From an uncultured Solibacteraceae bacterium (GTDB lineage: Bacteria > Acidobacteriota > Vicinamibacteria > Vicinamibacterales > SCN-69-37), in contig CAYYFE010000006.1 in NCBI GenBank assembly GCA_964471115.1, forward strand, positions 16,370 to 80,369: a DNA stretch of 64,000 nucleotides. Reading direction: 5' to 3'. Position 1 is the stretch's first letter; each line of letters starts with the position of its first letter. The position numbers and the translations under genes are program-made. Under the pieces are notes generated by a model. The model saw only the letters and a program-made list of their open reading frames with translations, did no database searches and was not told the origin of the DNA. Positions 1 to 8,953 of the stretch are shown in pieces.

Positions 1-462
1 CACGATGATGGGCCGCTTGAACTTCTCGGCCATCCGCATCACCCGCAGCGCCTTGCGGTACCCCTCGGGCTTGGCGTAGCCGAAGTTCCGGTAGATCTTC
101 TGCTTGGTGTCGGTGCCCTTCTGGTGGCCCACGATGCACACGGGCTGGCCGTGGAAATGCGCCATGCCCGTGACGATCGCCTTGTCGTCGGCGAACCGGC
201 GGTCGCCGTGCAGTTCGGTGAACCCGGTGAACAGGCGGCCGACGTAGTCGAGCATGACGGGCCGGTCCGGGTGCCGCGCGACGAGCACACGTTGCCACGG
301 CGTCAGGTGGGAGAACAGTTCCGCGCGCAGTTCCTGCACACGCGTCTCCAGCCGCTCAATGGTGAGCGCGCGCTCCGGCGTGGACGGCATCAGCCGCAAC
401 GCCTGGATCTCCTTGAGCAGAATCGCGACCGGTTCCTCGAATTCGAGCGTCTCAGCAGGCAT
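1..462 (-). CDS. accA: acetyl-CoA carboxylase carboxyltransferase alpha subunit, N-terminal part (3' end runs off the window)
   Basis: Absent from the ORF track because no stop lies in the window. My translation from ATG 462-460 gives MPAETLEFEEPVAILLKEIQALR..LTPWQRVLVARHPDRPVMLDYV..FTELHGDRRFADDKAIVTGMAHFHGQPVCIVGHQKG..KPEGYRKALRVMRMAEKFKRPIIV, which is typical AccA. GGGAGAGG SD-like sequence just upstream. Confidence 0.85.
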   Translation of the reverse strand, partial: MPAETLEFEEPVAILLKEIQALRLMPSTPERALTIERLETRVQELRAELFSHLTPWQRVLVARHPDRPVMLDYVGRLFTGFTELHGDRRFADDKAIVTGMAHFHGQPVCIVGHQKGTDTKQKIYRNFGYAKPEGYRKALRVMRMAEKFKRPIIV

Positions 463-484
463 CAGCCTCTCCCTCGCATCTGGT

Positions 485-532
485 CATCTCGCCACTTCGC
501 CACCTCGGCACCTCGCCATCTCGTCACCTGAG
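485..532. repeat. 6 tandem copies of an 8-bp unit CAYCTCGY (minus-strand reading RCGAGRTG)
   Basis: Read directly: catctcgc cacttcgc cacctcgg cacctcgc catctcgt cacctgag. It fills the dnaE-accA spacer and overlaps the dnaE stop codon (524-526). Confidence 0.9.
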
Positions 533-3500
533 ATGGACGGTGCCGGGCCCGCACAACGCCTCGACATCCCGCACAAACCCTTCGCTGGGCCTGATCCGGT
601 GCGACGTCGCCGTGCGGACGCGCAGCCCTCCGGTGCCCCCCGGCAGATCGACGCACAGGGCGACACGACGGTCGCCCGGGTGCCGTTCGAACACCTCGAC
701 GAGCGACCGCAGCCGGTCACGCGCCGCCGCCTGTCCGGCGAGCACGATCTGCACTTCGCGGACCGTGCGTTCGCGCGCGGCCTCCAGCGTCATGATCTCA
801 CTGGCGACCATCTTGCTGGTTTCCTCGTCGCGTTCGTACTTCCCCCGCACGAGCAACAGCGCATCGTCGGTCACCAGGCTGCCGTACTTGGCGAACGCCT
901 CGGGAAAGACGACCACTTCAGCCTTGCCGGCTTCATCTTCCAGGTTAAACGCCGCCATGCGGTCGCCGCGTTTGGTCTTCAGCGGGCGCAGCCCCGACAC
1001 GATGCCGGCCGCCTGCACGTCGGGCTCGGACCGCGTCAGCGCCGACACCGGGAACGCGCGGTTCGCGGCGATGACCTCGGCGTACCGCTGCAGCGGATGC
1101 CCGCTCATGTACAGGCCGAGCGCTTCCTTCTCGAACGTCAGGGCCTGGGTTTCGGTCCAGGGCGCCGCGTCGGGCAACACCGCCTGGTCGTCGAGCGGCG
1201 CCCCCGCTTCCTCCTCGCCCCCGAACAGACTCGACTGGCCCTGGTCGCGGTCGCGCTGGTGCCGGCTGCCGTGATCGAGAATGCGATCCACGCCCTGCAG
1301 CAGGCGCGGGCGCCAGGCCAGATAGTCGCGGCCCTGCTCGGGCGACAACAGGTCGCAGGCGCCGGCCTTGATCAGGCACTCGAAGACCTTCTTGTTCGCC
1401 AGTCGCAGATCGATCTGCTCCGCCAGCGCAAACAGCGATGTGATCCGGCCGCCCATGGCCGCGCGCGCCGCCAGCAGCGACTGCACGGCGCCTTCGCCGA
1501 CGCCCTTGACGGCGCCCAGCCCGAAGCGCACCCCGTCGGGCTGCACGACGAACTGCCACTCGCTGCGGTTGATGTCGGGCGGCAGGATCGGCACGCCCAG
1601 CTCCCGGCACTCCGCCAGGTACAACGCGACCTTGTCGGACGACTGCGACTCGATGGTCAGCAGCGCCGCCATGAAGTGCCTCGGGTAATTGGCCTTGAGG
1701 TACGCGGTCTGATACGCCAGCAGGGCGTAGGTGGTCGAGTGCGACTTGTTGAAGCCGTAGCCGGCGAAGAATTCGATGAACTGGAAGATCTTGGTGGCCT
1801 TCTTCTCGCTGATGCCCCGTTCGGCGCAGCCGGACATGAAGCGCTCGCGCGTGGCGGCCATCTTCTTTTCGTCCTTCTTGCCCATCGCGCGGCGCAGTTC
1901 ATCGGCCTGCCCCAGCGAAAACCCGGCCAGGTCGCTGGCCAGGCGCATGACCTGCTCCTGGTACGCGATGATGCCGTACGTCTCCTTGAGCGACGGTTCC
2001 ATCGCGGGCACGTCGTACTTGATCTCGGCGCGGCCGTGTTTGCGGTTGATGTAGTCGTCGACGACGCCGGCGCGCAGCGGCCCCGGCCGGTACAACGCGT
2101 TGAGGGCGATCAGGTCCTCCAGACACTGCGGCTTGGCCTTGCGCAGCGTCTCGCGCATGCCCGAACTCTCGAACTGGAAGACGCCGTGTGTCTGGCCGTT
2201 GGAAAACAGCTGATACGTCTTCGCGTCGTCGAGCGGCAGGTGGTCGAGGTCGATCTCGACGCCGGTCGTTTCCTTGATGTGTTTGACGGCGTCATCGAGC
2301 AGCGTCAGCGTGCTCAGGCCCAGGAAGTCCATCTTGAGCAGGCCCACCCGCTCGACTTCCTTCATGGCCCACTGCGTGGTGATTTCGTCCTTCTGGCTGC
2401 GGTACAGCGGCGCGAACTCCACGACCGGCCTCGGGGCGATGACGACACCGGCGGCGTGCACCGAGGCGTGCCGCGTCATGCCTTCCAGCCGCTTCGCGAC
2501 CTTCATCAGCTCGCGCACCCGTTCGTCCTTGCGCTCCAGCTCGGCCAGCGCGGGCACTTCCTCCAGCGCCTTGTCGAGATTCATGTCGAGCGTGCCGGGA
2601 ATGAGCTTGGCGACCTTGTCGACCTCCGAGATCGGGAACTCCATGACGCGGCCGACGTCGCGCACGACGGCGCGGGCCTTCATGGTGCCGAAGGTGATGA
2701 TCTGCGCGACGTTTTCGCGGCCGTACTTCTGCGTGACGTACTGGATGACCTCGCCGCGCCGGCGTTCGCAGAAGTCGATGTCGATGTCGGGCAGGGTCAC
2801 GCGTTCCGGATTGAGGAAGCGCTCGAAGTACAGGTCGAAGTGCATCGGATCGACGTCCGTGATGCGCAGGCAGTACGCCACCAGGCTGCCCGCCGCCGAT
2901 CCACGGCCCGGGCCCACGGGAATCTGCCGCTCACGCGCGTACCGGATGAAGTCCCACACGATCAGGAAGTACCCGGCGTACTTCATCTTCCGGATCATGT
3001 CGATCTCGTAGGTCAGGCGCGTCTCGTACTCGGCCAGGCTGTGCCGCAGCAGGCCGCCCGCTTCCATCTCCTTCCACCGCCCCAGCCGCTCGGCGAACCC
3101 CTGCCGCACGGTGTGTTCGAAATAGGTGTCGGTCGTGAACCCCGGCGGCACGTCGAACTCGGGCAGGTGGTGCACGTTCGACGGGATGTCGACCTGGCAG
3201 CGTTCGGCGATCCGCACGGTGTTGGCCAGCGCGTCGGGATGATCGCCGAACACGACGGCCATCTCCTCGGCCGTTTTCAGGAAGAACTGGTCGCCGTGGT
3301 ACCGCAGGCGCTTTTCGTCGCTCGCGTTCTTGCCGGTGCCGATGCACAGCAGGATGTCGTGCGGATGCTGGTCGGTGTGTTTGAGGTAGTGGACGTCGTT
3401 GGTGGCGACCAGCGGCAGGCCGAGATCGCGCGCAATCGGCAGCAACCCCGTGTTCACGATCTTCTGTTCCTCGATGCCCTGGTACTGCATCTCGAGGAAG

Positions 3501-4012
3501 AAGTGCTCCGGCCCGAGAATGTCGCGGTACACGGCCGCGGCGTCCAGCGCCTTGCGCGCCTGGTCGGTGCGGATGCCCGTCGCCACCTCGCCCTTGAGGC
3601 AGCTGCTCAGGCCGATGAGGCCCTTGCTGTGTTGCGCCAGCAGCGCCTTGTCGATCCGGGGCTTGTAATAAAACCCTTCGGTGTAGCCGGCCGAGACGAG
3701 TTTCATCAGGTTGTGAAACCCCTCGGTCGTCTCCGACAGCAGCACCAGGTGGTTCGCCGTCTCCCCCGGGGTGCCCGAACGGTCGCGCCGGTCGCCGGGC
3801 GCGACGTACACCTCGCAGCCGAGGATCGGCTTCAGACCGCGTTTCTTGGCTTCGTCGTGGAACGTGACGGCCGAGAACATGTTGCCGTGTTCGGTCACGG
3901 CCACGGCCGGCATCTTCAGGGCCGCGACGCGGTCGAGCAATTCGCCAATCCGGCACGCGCCATCGAGCAGCGAATACTCGGTGTGCAGGTGCAGGTGGAC
4001 GAACTCGGGCAT
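524..4012 (-). CDS. dnaE: DNA polymerase III alpha subunit
   Basis: PHP-domain start MPEFVHLHLHTEYSLLDG; GYFLIVWDFI; PGRGSAAGSLVAYCLRITDVDP; FNKSHSTTYALLAYQTAYLKANYP; OB-fold tail. The track start at 4024 is GTG. ATG 4012 fits the family N-terminus and lies 2 nt after the guaA stop. Confidence 0.95.
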   Translation of the reverse strand: MPEFVHLHLHTEYSLLDGACRIGELLDRVAALKMPAVAVTEHGNMFSAVTFHDEAKKRGLKPILGCEVYVAPGDRRDRSGTPGETANHLVLLSETTEGFHNLMKLVSAGYTEGFYYKPRIDKALLAQHSKGLIGLSSCLKGEVATGIRTDQARKALDAAAVYRDILGPEHFFLEMQYQGIEEQKIVNTGLLPIARDLGLPLVATNDVHYLKHTDQHPHDILLCIGTGKNASDEKRLRYHGDQFFLKTAEEMAVVFGDHPDALANTVRIAERCQVDIPSNVHHLPEFDVPPGFTTDTYFEHTVRQGFAERLGRWKEMEAGGLLRHSLAEYETRLTYEIDMIRKMKYAGYFLIVWDFIRYARERQIPVGPGRGSAAGSLVAYCLRITDVDPMHFDLYFERFLNPERVTLPDIDIDFCERRRGEVIQYVTQKYGRENVAQIITFGTMKARAVVRDVGRVMEFPISEVDKVAKLIPGTLDMNLDKALEEVPALAELERKDERVRELMKVAKRLEGMTRHASVHAAGVVIAPRPVVEFAPLYRSQKDEITTQWAMKEVERVGLLKMDFLGLSTLTLLDDAVKHIKETTGVEIDLDHLPLDDAKTYQLFSNGQTHGVFQFESSGMRETLRKAKPQCLEDLIALNALYRPGPLRAGVVDDYINRKHGRAEIKYDVPAMEPSLKETYGIIAYQEQVMRLASDLAGFSLGQADELRRAMGKKDEKKMAATRERFMSGCAERGISEKKATKIFQFIEFFAGYGFNKSHSTTYALLAYQTAYLKANYPRHFMAALLTIESQSSDKVALYLAECRELGVPILPPDINRSEWQFVVQPDGVRFGLGAVKGVGEGAVQSLLAARAAMGGRITSLFALAEQIDLRLANKKVFECLIKAGACDLLSPEQGRDYLAWRPRLLQGVDRILDHGSRHQRDRDQGQSSLFGGEEEAGAPLDDQAVLPDAAPWTETQALTFEKEALGLYMSGHPLQRYAEVIAANRAFPVSALTRSEPDVQAAGIVSGLRPLKTKRGDRMAAFNLEDEAGKAEVVVFPEAFAKYGSLVTDDALLLVRGKYERDEETSKMVASEIMTLEAARERTVREVQIVLAGQAAARDRLRSLVEVFERHPGDRRVALCVDLPGGTGGLRVRTATSHRIRPSEGFVRDVEALCGPGTVHLR

Positions 4013-4014
4013 GC

Positions 4015-5553
4015 CTACTCCCACTCGATCGTCGCCGGCGGCTTCGAGCTGATGTCGTACACCACGCGGTTGATCCCGCGCACCTCGTTCACGATGCGCG
4101 ACGAAATCGTGGCGAGCAGGTCGTGCGGCAGGCGCGCCCAGTCGGCCGTCATGCCGTCCCGGCTCTCCACCGCGCGAATCGCCACCGTGTATTCGTACGT
4201 ACGCTCATCCCCCATCACGCCGACGCTCTGAACCGGCAGCAGCACCGCAAACGACTGCCACAACTTCCGGTACCACCCGGCGCGCCGCACTTCGTCGGCG
4301 ACGATGGCATCCGCGGCGCGCAGCAGGGCCAGCTGCGGCCGGGAGATCGGCCCCAGCAGTCGCACGGCCAGACCCGGCCCCGGGAACGGCTGGCGCCACA
4401 CGAACTCGTCCTCGAGCCCCAGCGTCGTGCCGAGCGCGCGGACTTCGTCCTTGAACAGTTCGCGCAGCGGCTCAACGAGCCGGAACTTCATGCGTTCGGG
4501 CAGGCCGCCGACGTTGTGATGGCTCTTGATGACCGCGGACGGACCGCGGACCGACACACTCTCGATGACGTCGGGATACAAGGTGCCCTGCGCGAGGAAC
4601 TCGAAGTCGCCCAGCGCCCGGGCCTCCGCCTCGAACACGTCGATGAACGCGGCGCCGATGATCTTGCGCTTCTGCTCGGGATCGCTGACACCCTCGAGCC
4701 GCGAGAGGAACTCATCGGCCGCATCGGCGAACACCAGATGCAGCCCGAGCCGTACGAAGCGCTCGCGCACCTGCTGCGCCTCGTTGTGGCGCAGCAGCCC
4801 GTTGTCGACGAAGATGCAGGTCAGCCGCGGGCCGATGGCCTTGTGGATGAGCAGCGCCGCGACGGTCGAGTCGACGCCGCCCGACAGTCCGCACACGACC
4901 CGCCCCTCGCCCACCTGCGCCCGGATGCGGGCCACGCTTTCCTCGACAAATCCCGCCATCGTCCAATCGCCGCGGCATCCGCAGACGCCGAACGCGAAGT
5001 TCCGCAGCAGATCGGCACCGTGTTCGGTGTGCACGACTTCCGGATGGAACAGCAGCGCGTAACACCGCCGCGTGTCGTCGTGCATGGCCGCCACGGGCGC
5101 GTTGGCCGATGTGGCGCTCACGGCGAACCCGGGCGGCGCCGCCGAGACGAAGTCGCCATGGCTGGCCCACACCCGCAGCGACGCGGGCACGCCGGCAAAC
5201 AAGGCCGAGGTCGAGCCGGCCGCGTCGACGATGGCGTGGCCGAACTCGCGGTGCGACGCCCGGGCCACCGCGCCGCCGAACTGCTCCGTCATCACCTGCA
5301 TGCCGTAGCAGATGCCGAGGATCGGCAGGCCGAGCGACCAGATGCCGGGGTCGGGCCGCGGCGCGCCCTCCTCCGACAGACTGCGCGGCCCCCCCGACAG
5401 GATGATCCCTGCGGGCGCGCGCGCGGCCAGGACGCTGGCGGGCGTGTTGAACGGGAGAATCTCCGAGTACACCGAGAGTTCGCGCAGGCGTCGCGCGATC
5501 AACTGGGTGTATTGGGATCCGAAATCGAGAACGAGGATGGTTTGATGCGTCAC
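4015..5553 (-). CDS. guaA: GMP synthase (glutamine-hydrolysing)
   Basis: GATase [19 protein letters not shown] and ICYGMQ; ATP-PPase SGGVDS; canonical C-terminus PPATIEWE. Start trimmed to GTG 5553 ([12 protein letters not shown]); the track start at 5616 remains possible. Confidence 0.93.
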   Translation of the reverse strand: MTHQTILVLDFGSQYTQLIARRLRELSVYSEILPFNTPASVLAARAPAGIILSGGPRSLSEEGAPRPDPGIWSLGLPILGICYGMQVMTEQFGGAVARASHREFGHAIVDAAGSTSALFAGVPASLRVWASHGDFVSAAPPGFAVSATSANAPVAAMHDDTRRCYALLFHPEVVHTEHGADLLRNFAFGVCGCRGDWTMAGFVEESVARIRAQVGEGRVVCGLSGGVDSTVAALLIHKAIGPRLTCIFVDNGLLRHNEAQQVRERFVRLGLHLVFADAADEFLSRLEGVSDPEQKRKIIGAAFIDVFEAEARALGDFEFLAQGTLYPDVIESVSVRGPSAVIKSHHNVGGLPERMKFRLVEPLRELFKDEVRALGTTLGLEDEFVWRQPFPGPGLAVRLLGPISRPQLALLRAADAIVADEVRRAGWYRKLWQSFAVLLPVQSVGVMGDERTYEYTVAIRAVESRDGMTADWARLPHDLLATISSRIVNEVRGINRVVYDISSKPPATIEWE

Positions 5554-5574
5554 AGGCGACCGCGGGAATCCCGA

Positions 5575-5582
5575 TATTATAA
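5575..5582. promoter_or_regulatory. AT-rich core tattataa readable as a -10 box on both strands (guaA / PQQ-propeller divergent pair)
   Basis: It is the only AT island in the 32-bp divergent spacer. Plus strand: TATTAT, 5 nt, then GTG 5586. Minus strand: TATAAT, about 22 nt before GTG 5553. Confidence 0.4.
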
Positions 5583-5585
5583 GCC

Positions 5586-6722
5586 GTGGGTCCCCGACTG
5601 CCGCCCCTGTTCGCACTGCTCTGCTGCGCGCTGACCGCCGTCACCGCGCAGGAACGCGCGGTGCCTCTGTCGCCTCTCACGCCGATCTGGTCCTCGGCGC
5701 TGCCGTTTGGAGAGTCCGTGCGTCTCATTGTCGGCGAGACGCGCCTGATCGTGGCGGCCGAGTCGCGGCTGGACGCGCTGGCGTGGGCGTCAGGCGCGCC
5801 GCAATGGAGCGCGGCGATGGCCGGCACCGCGACGCCGCTGGTGGCCGATGGCCGCGTGTTTGCCGCCGCCGACGGTCACATCGCCGCCCTGTCCGAGGTC
5901 ACCGGCCACGTGGAATGGCGCTGGCCGGCCGCCGGCGTCACGGCCCCGCTCGCGTACCGCGCGGGCTGGCTGTTCGTGATCACCGCCGACGGGAACGTGA
6001 CCGGTCTGCGCGCGGCCGATGGCGCGCCGCAGTGGACCGCCCCGCACCCGCCCGCGCGGCTGGCGGCGCCGCTCACCGTGGACGGCGACGGACTCTTTGG
6101 CGTCTTCGACGACGGCTCCCTCGTCGCCTGGCAGGTCTCGACCGGGCAGGTGCGCTGGACGACGCAGGTGGCGCCGCGGCCGGGGCAGATCCTGGCCGCG
6201 CACGGGCGGCTGTACGTGTCGGCCGGCGGGCGGCTCACCGCGTTCCGTCAACGCGACGGCCGGCCGGAGTGGTCGTTCGCCGTCAACCTGCCGGCCGTCA
6301 GCCGGCTGGCGGCCGACGCCACCCACATCTATTTCGGCGCGCTGGACAACAGCGTCCGCGCGCACCGGGAACGCGACGGCACGCTGGCCTGGAACGCCAA
6401 GCTGAGCGAACGGATCGTGGAAGGCCTGTCGGCCGATGCGGGCATGGTGCTGGTCCCGCACTCGAACGGCGCGGTGCAGTTGCTCCTGGCGACGTCGGGC
6501 CGGCGTGCCGGGACGCTGGCGTCGCCGCTGCCCGATGCGCGCGGCGCCACGCTGCTGGCCACGGCCGGCGAGGGCGCCGATCTGCGTCTGGCGCGGCTGA
6601 CGGCCGCCGACCAGTCGCGCACCATCGAGGCGTTCGCCCGGCGGACGCTGGCGGTTACCCCCGCGTCGACACTGACGGGGACGCCGCTGCCGTGGCCACC
6701 GGCGGCGCCGCCGCGTCGGTAA
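5586..6722 (+). CDS. PQQ-like beta-propeller repeat protein (BamB-like), secreted
   Basis: Signal-like N-terminus [15 protein letters not shown]. Repeated motifs of the type DG.V.A.D..TG...W ([92 protein letters not shown]). Confidence 0.55.
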   Translation: MGPRLPPLFALLCCALTAVTAQERAVPLSPLTPIWSSALPFGESVRLIVGETRLIVAAESRLDALAWASGAPQWSAAMAGTATPLVADGRVFAAADGHIAALSEVTGHVEWRWPAAGVTAPLAYRAGWLFVITADGNVTGLRAADGAPQWTAPHPPARLAAPLTVDGDGLFGVFDDGSLVAWQVSTGQVRWTTQVAPRPGQILAAHGRLYVSAGGRLTAFRQRDGRPEWSFAVNLPAVSRLAADATHIYFGALDNSVRAHRERDGTLAWNAKLSERIVEGLSADAGMVLVPHSNGAVQLLLATSGRRAGTLASPLPDARGATLLATAGEGADLRLARLTAADQSRTIEAFARRTLAVTPASTLTGTPLPWPPAAPPRR

Positions 6723-7923
6723 GCGCCGCGGCCAACCGCCGCGCGCCCTCCTGCATCCGCTCGGGCGAGGCGGACGAAAACGACAGGCGAATGAAGCGGC
6801 GTTCCTGACCCGACACAAAAAACGCGCTGCCGGCCACGTAGATGACGCCGCGCGCCTGCGCAAACGGCAGCAACACGTCGCCGTCGACGGCCCCGGTCAG
6901 TTGCGCCCAGAGGAAGAAGCCGCCGCGCGGCGCCGACCAGGCCAGCGCCCCCGGGCATGCGCTCGACAACGCGGACGCCATCGCGTCACGCTGCGCCTGG
7001 TAGTGACGCCGCAGGACCGGCACCTGCGCCGCGAGCACGCCGCGCCGGATGGCCTGATCGACGATCTGCTGCGCCAGCCCTCCCGTGCAGAGATCGGCCG
7101 CCTGCTTGGCCACCTCGAACTTCGCCGTCAGCGCGGGCGCCGCATGCATCCACGCCACGCGCACGCCGGGCGCGAGCGTCTTGGAGAAGCTGCTGAGATA
7201 GATCACCCGCCCCTCGGTGTCATCGGCGGCAATGGGCCGTGTCTCCGATTCGCGCGTCACGTCCTCGAAGTACAGATCCCGGTAGGGATCGTCCTCCACG
7301 ATCAGCAGCTGGTTGCGCGCGGCCCAGTCGAGCAGACGCCGGCGTTTGTCGAGGCTGATGAGCAGCCCGGTCGGGTTCTGGAAGTTGGGCACGACGTAGA
7401 GGCACTTGACCGTGCGCCCCTCGGCGCGCACGCGGACCAGCGTGCGGTCCAGCGCCTCGAGGTCGAGGCCGTCGGCCTCCTGCGCCACACCGACCAGCTC
7501 CGCGCCCACGTTCCGAAACGCCGTGATCGCGCCGGTATACGACGGCAGTTCGACCAACACGACGTCGCCGGGATCGAGCAGCACACGCGCCAGCAGATCC
7601 AGCCCCTGCTGCGACCCGTTGGTCACCGTCAGCCGATCGGGATGGCTGGTGATCCCGCGCTCGGCCAGCAGGCCGGTCAGGCTTTCGAGCAAGGGGCGCA
7701 GGCCGCGTGTGGCGCCGTACTGCAACACCGTGCCCTGCCGGCCGCTCAGCAGATCGTCGGCGATGGCCCGGAACGCGTCCCACGGGAAGGTCGACTCGGA
7801 CGGATACCCGGGCGCAAACGACACCATGTCGCGGGCGTCGGCCAGCACCGTGCCCATCTTGCGGATGGCCGACTCGCGCATCGACTGCCCGGCGCGGGAG
7901 AAAAACGCATCAAACGTGATCAT
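6655..7923 (-). CDS. PLP-dependent aminotransferase, fold type I (Aro8/LysN-like)
   Basis: VSFAPGYP, NGSQQGLDL, YVVPNFQNPTG, SSFSKTLAPGVRVAW (SxSK lysine), RGGFFLW. ATG 7923 overlaps the stop of the upstream gene (ATGA). The track N-terminal extension to 8004 is rejected. Confidence 0.8.
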   Translation of the reverse strand: MITFDAFFSRAGQSMRESAIRKMGTVLADARDMVSFAPGYPSESTFPWDAFRAIADDLLSGRQGTVLQYGATRGLRPLLESLTGLLAERGITSHPDRLTVTNGSQQGLDLLARVLLDPGDVVLVELPSYTGAITAFRNVGAELVGVAQEADGLDLEALDRTLVRVRAEGRTVKCLYVVPNFQNPTGLLISLDKRRRLLDWAARNQLLIVEDDPYRDLYFEDVTRESETRPIAADDTEGRVIYLSSFSKTLAPGVRVAWMHAAPALTAKFEVAKQAADLCTGGLAQQIVDQAIRRGVLAAQVPVLRRHYQAQRDAMASALSSACPGALAWSAPRGGFFLWAQLTGAVDGDVLLPFAQARGVIYVAGSAFFVSGQERRFIRLSFSSASPERMQEGARRLAAALTDAAAPPVATAAASPSVSTRG

Positions 7924-8933
7924 GCTCGTGACACCCAGAGCGCCGGCGGCTCGTCGAGCGCCGGATCCACAAAACGGCGGTACTGGCTCTGGTACGCGCT
8001 CCACGCCGCCAGGGCCATGTAATCAAAGACCAGGCCGCGCACCAGCCAGGCGGCCATCTGCAAGGGTACTACCGCCAGCCCCACGATGGGGACCCAGGCA
8101 ATCAGCGCCAGCCCGGCCGTCGCCAGCAGCGACGCGGCCCACGCCAGCGCGCCCAACGCCGTCACCACCCCGAACACGCCGGCCACCTGGCGGGCGTCGT
8201 GCCGGACAAACGCCGCGAGCCGCGACACCGCGCGGCGCAGGCCGACGTCCTCGGTGACGACGATGACCTGGATGAGGACGTAAGCCAGATTGATGGCCCC
8301 CAGCACCACGGCGGTGGCGGCCAGGGCGATGACCGTGCCGAGACTGCCCAGCGCGCTCCACGGCCCCCCCACCATCAGCAGGAACAGCGCCCACACACCG
8401 CTGAGCGTGACGAGCCCGACGATCGCGTAGGCCAGACAGAGCCACGCGCCCAGCCGCAGGAACCGGCCGCCAAACCGCGCCATCCCGGCAAAGAGCCCCG
8501 CCAGTGAAAACACCGCCGCTGCGCGCCAGAGACCCGTGGTGAACGGGCCGCGCTGCGTGGCGTCCGCGCGCGATTCGGCGTCCACCAGCAACGCGCCGGC
8601 GCCGGCCTGCATGAGGAACACCACGGTCGCGCCACCGACCGCCACCAGGCCGACCGCAACGAGGAACGTGACGAGGGCTTCGGGGCGCCCAGCGAGGGAC
8701 GCCGCCACCAGTCCCGTCGCGGCGCGCAGATCCTCGGCCAGCCATCCGCCCATGTCGCCGCCGACGAGCACGGCGGCCACGAAGATGCCACCGACGACCG
8801 GCACGGCCACCGCCGCGCGATACGTCGCGACCACGAGGAACTGGAAGAGGACCAGCGGCCAGTTGGCCGCGGCGATGCAGGCCCCGCGCGTCAGCGCCGC
8901 GCGCAACGGAAGGCCGCCAAGGCTGCCGCGCAT
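7920..8933 (-). CDS. polytopic membrane protein, function unknown
   Basis: 337 aa with about 8 hydrophobic helices, high GC3 and an ATG start. Translationally coupled (ATGA) to the aminotransferase. I recognise no family. Confidence 0.5.
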   Translation of the reverse strand: MRGSLGGLPLRAALTRGACIAAANWPLVLFQFLVVATYRAAVAVPVVGGIFVAAVLVGGDMGGWLAEDLRAATGLVAASLAGRPEALVTFLVAVGLVAVGGATVVFLMQAGAGALLVDAESRADATQRGPFTTGLWRAAAVFSLAGLFAGMARFGGRFLRLGAWLCLAYAIVGLVTLSGVWALFLLMVGGPWSALGSLGTVIALAATAVVLGAINLAYVLIQVIVVTEDVGLRRAVSRLAAFVRHDARQVAGVFGVVTALGALAWAASLLATAGLALIAWVPIVGLAVVPLQMAAWLVRGLVFDYMALAAWSAYQSQYRRFVDPALDEPPALWVSRA

Positions 8934-8940
8934 CCGTGCG

Positions 8941-8948
8941 AGTATAGC
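8941..8948. promoter_or_regulatory. symmetric -10 core agtatagc shared by a divergent gene pair
   Basis: Minus strand reads TATACT, 7 nt, then ATG 8933. Plus strand reads AGTATA/TATAGC, 5-7 nt, then GTG 8954. The whole spacer is only 20 bp. Confidence 0.45.
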
Positions 8949-8953
8949 CCACG

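Noticed and set aside
254-4231. 1325-aa plus-strand ORF, the longest in the track.
   Set aside because: It lies exactly antisense to dnaE. Its translation is Arg/Ala/Gly/His-rich low-complexity sequence with no recognisable motif. This is the typical shadow ORF of a ~70% GC gene. The many other ORFs nested in this interval are rejected for the same reason.
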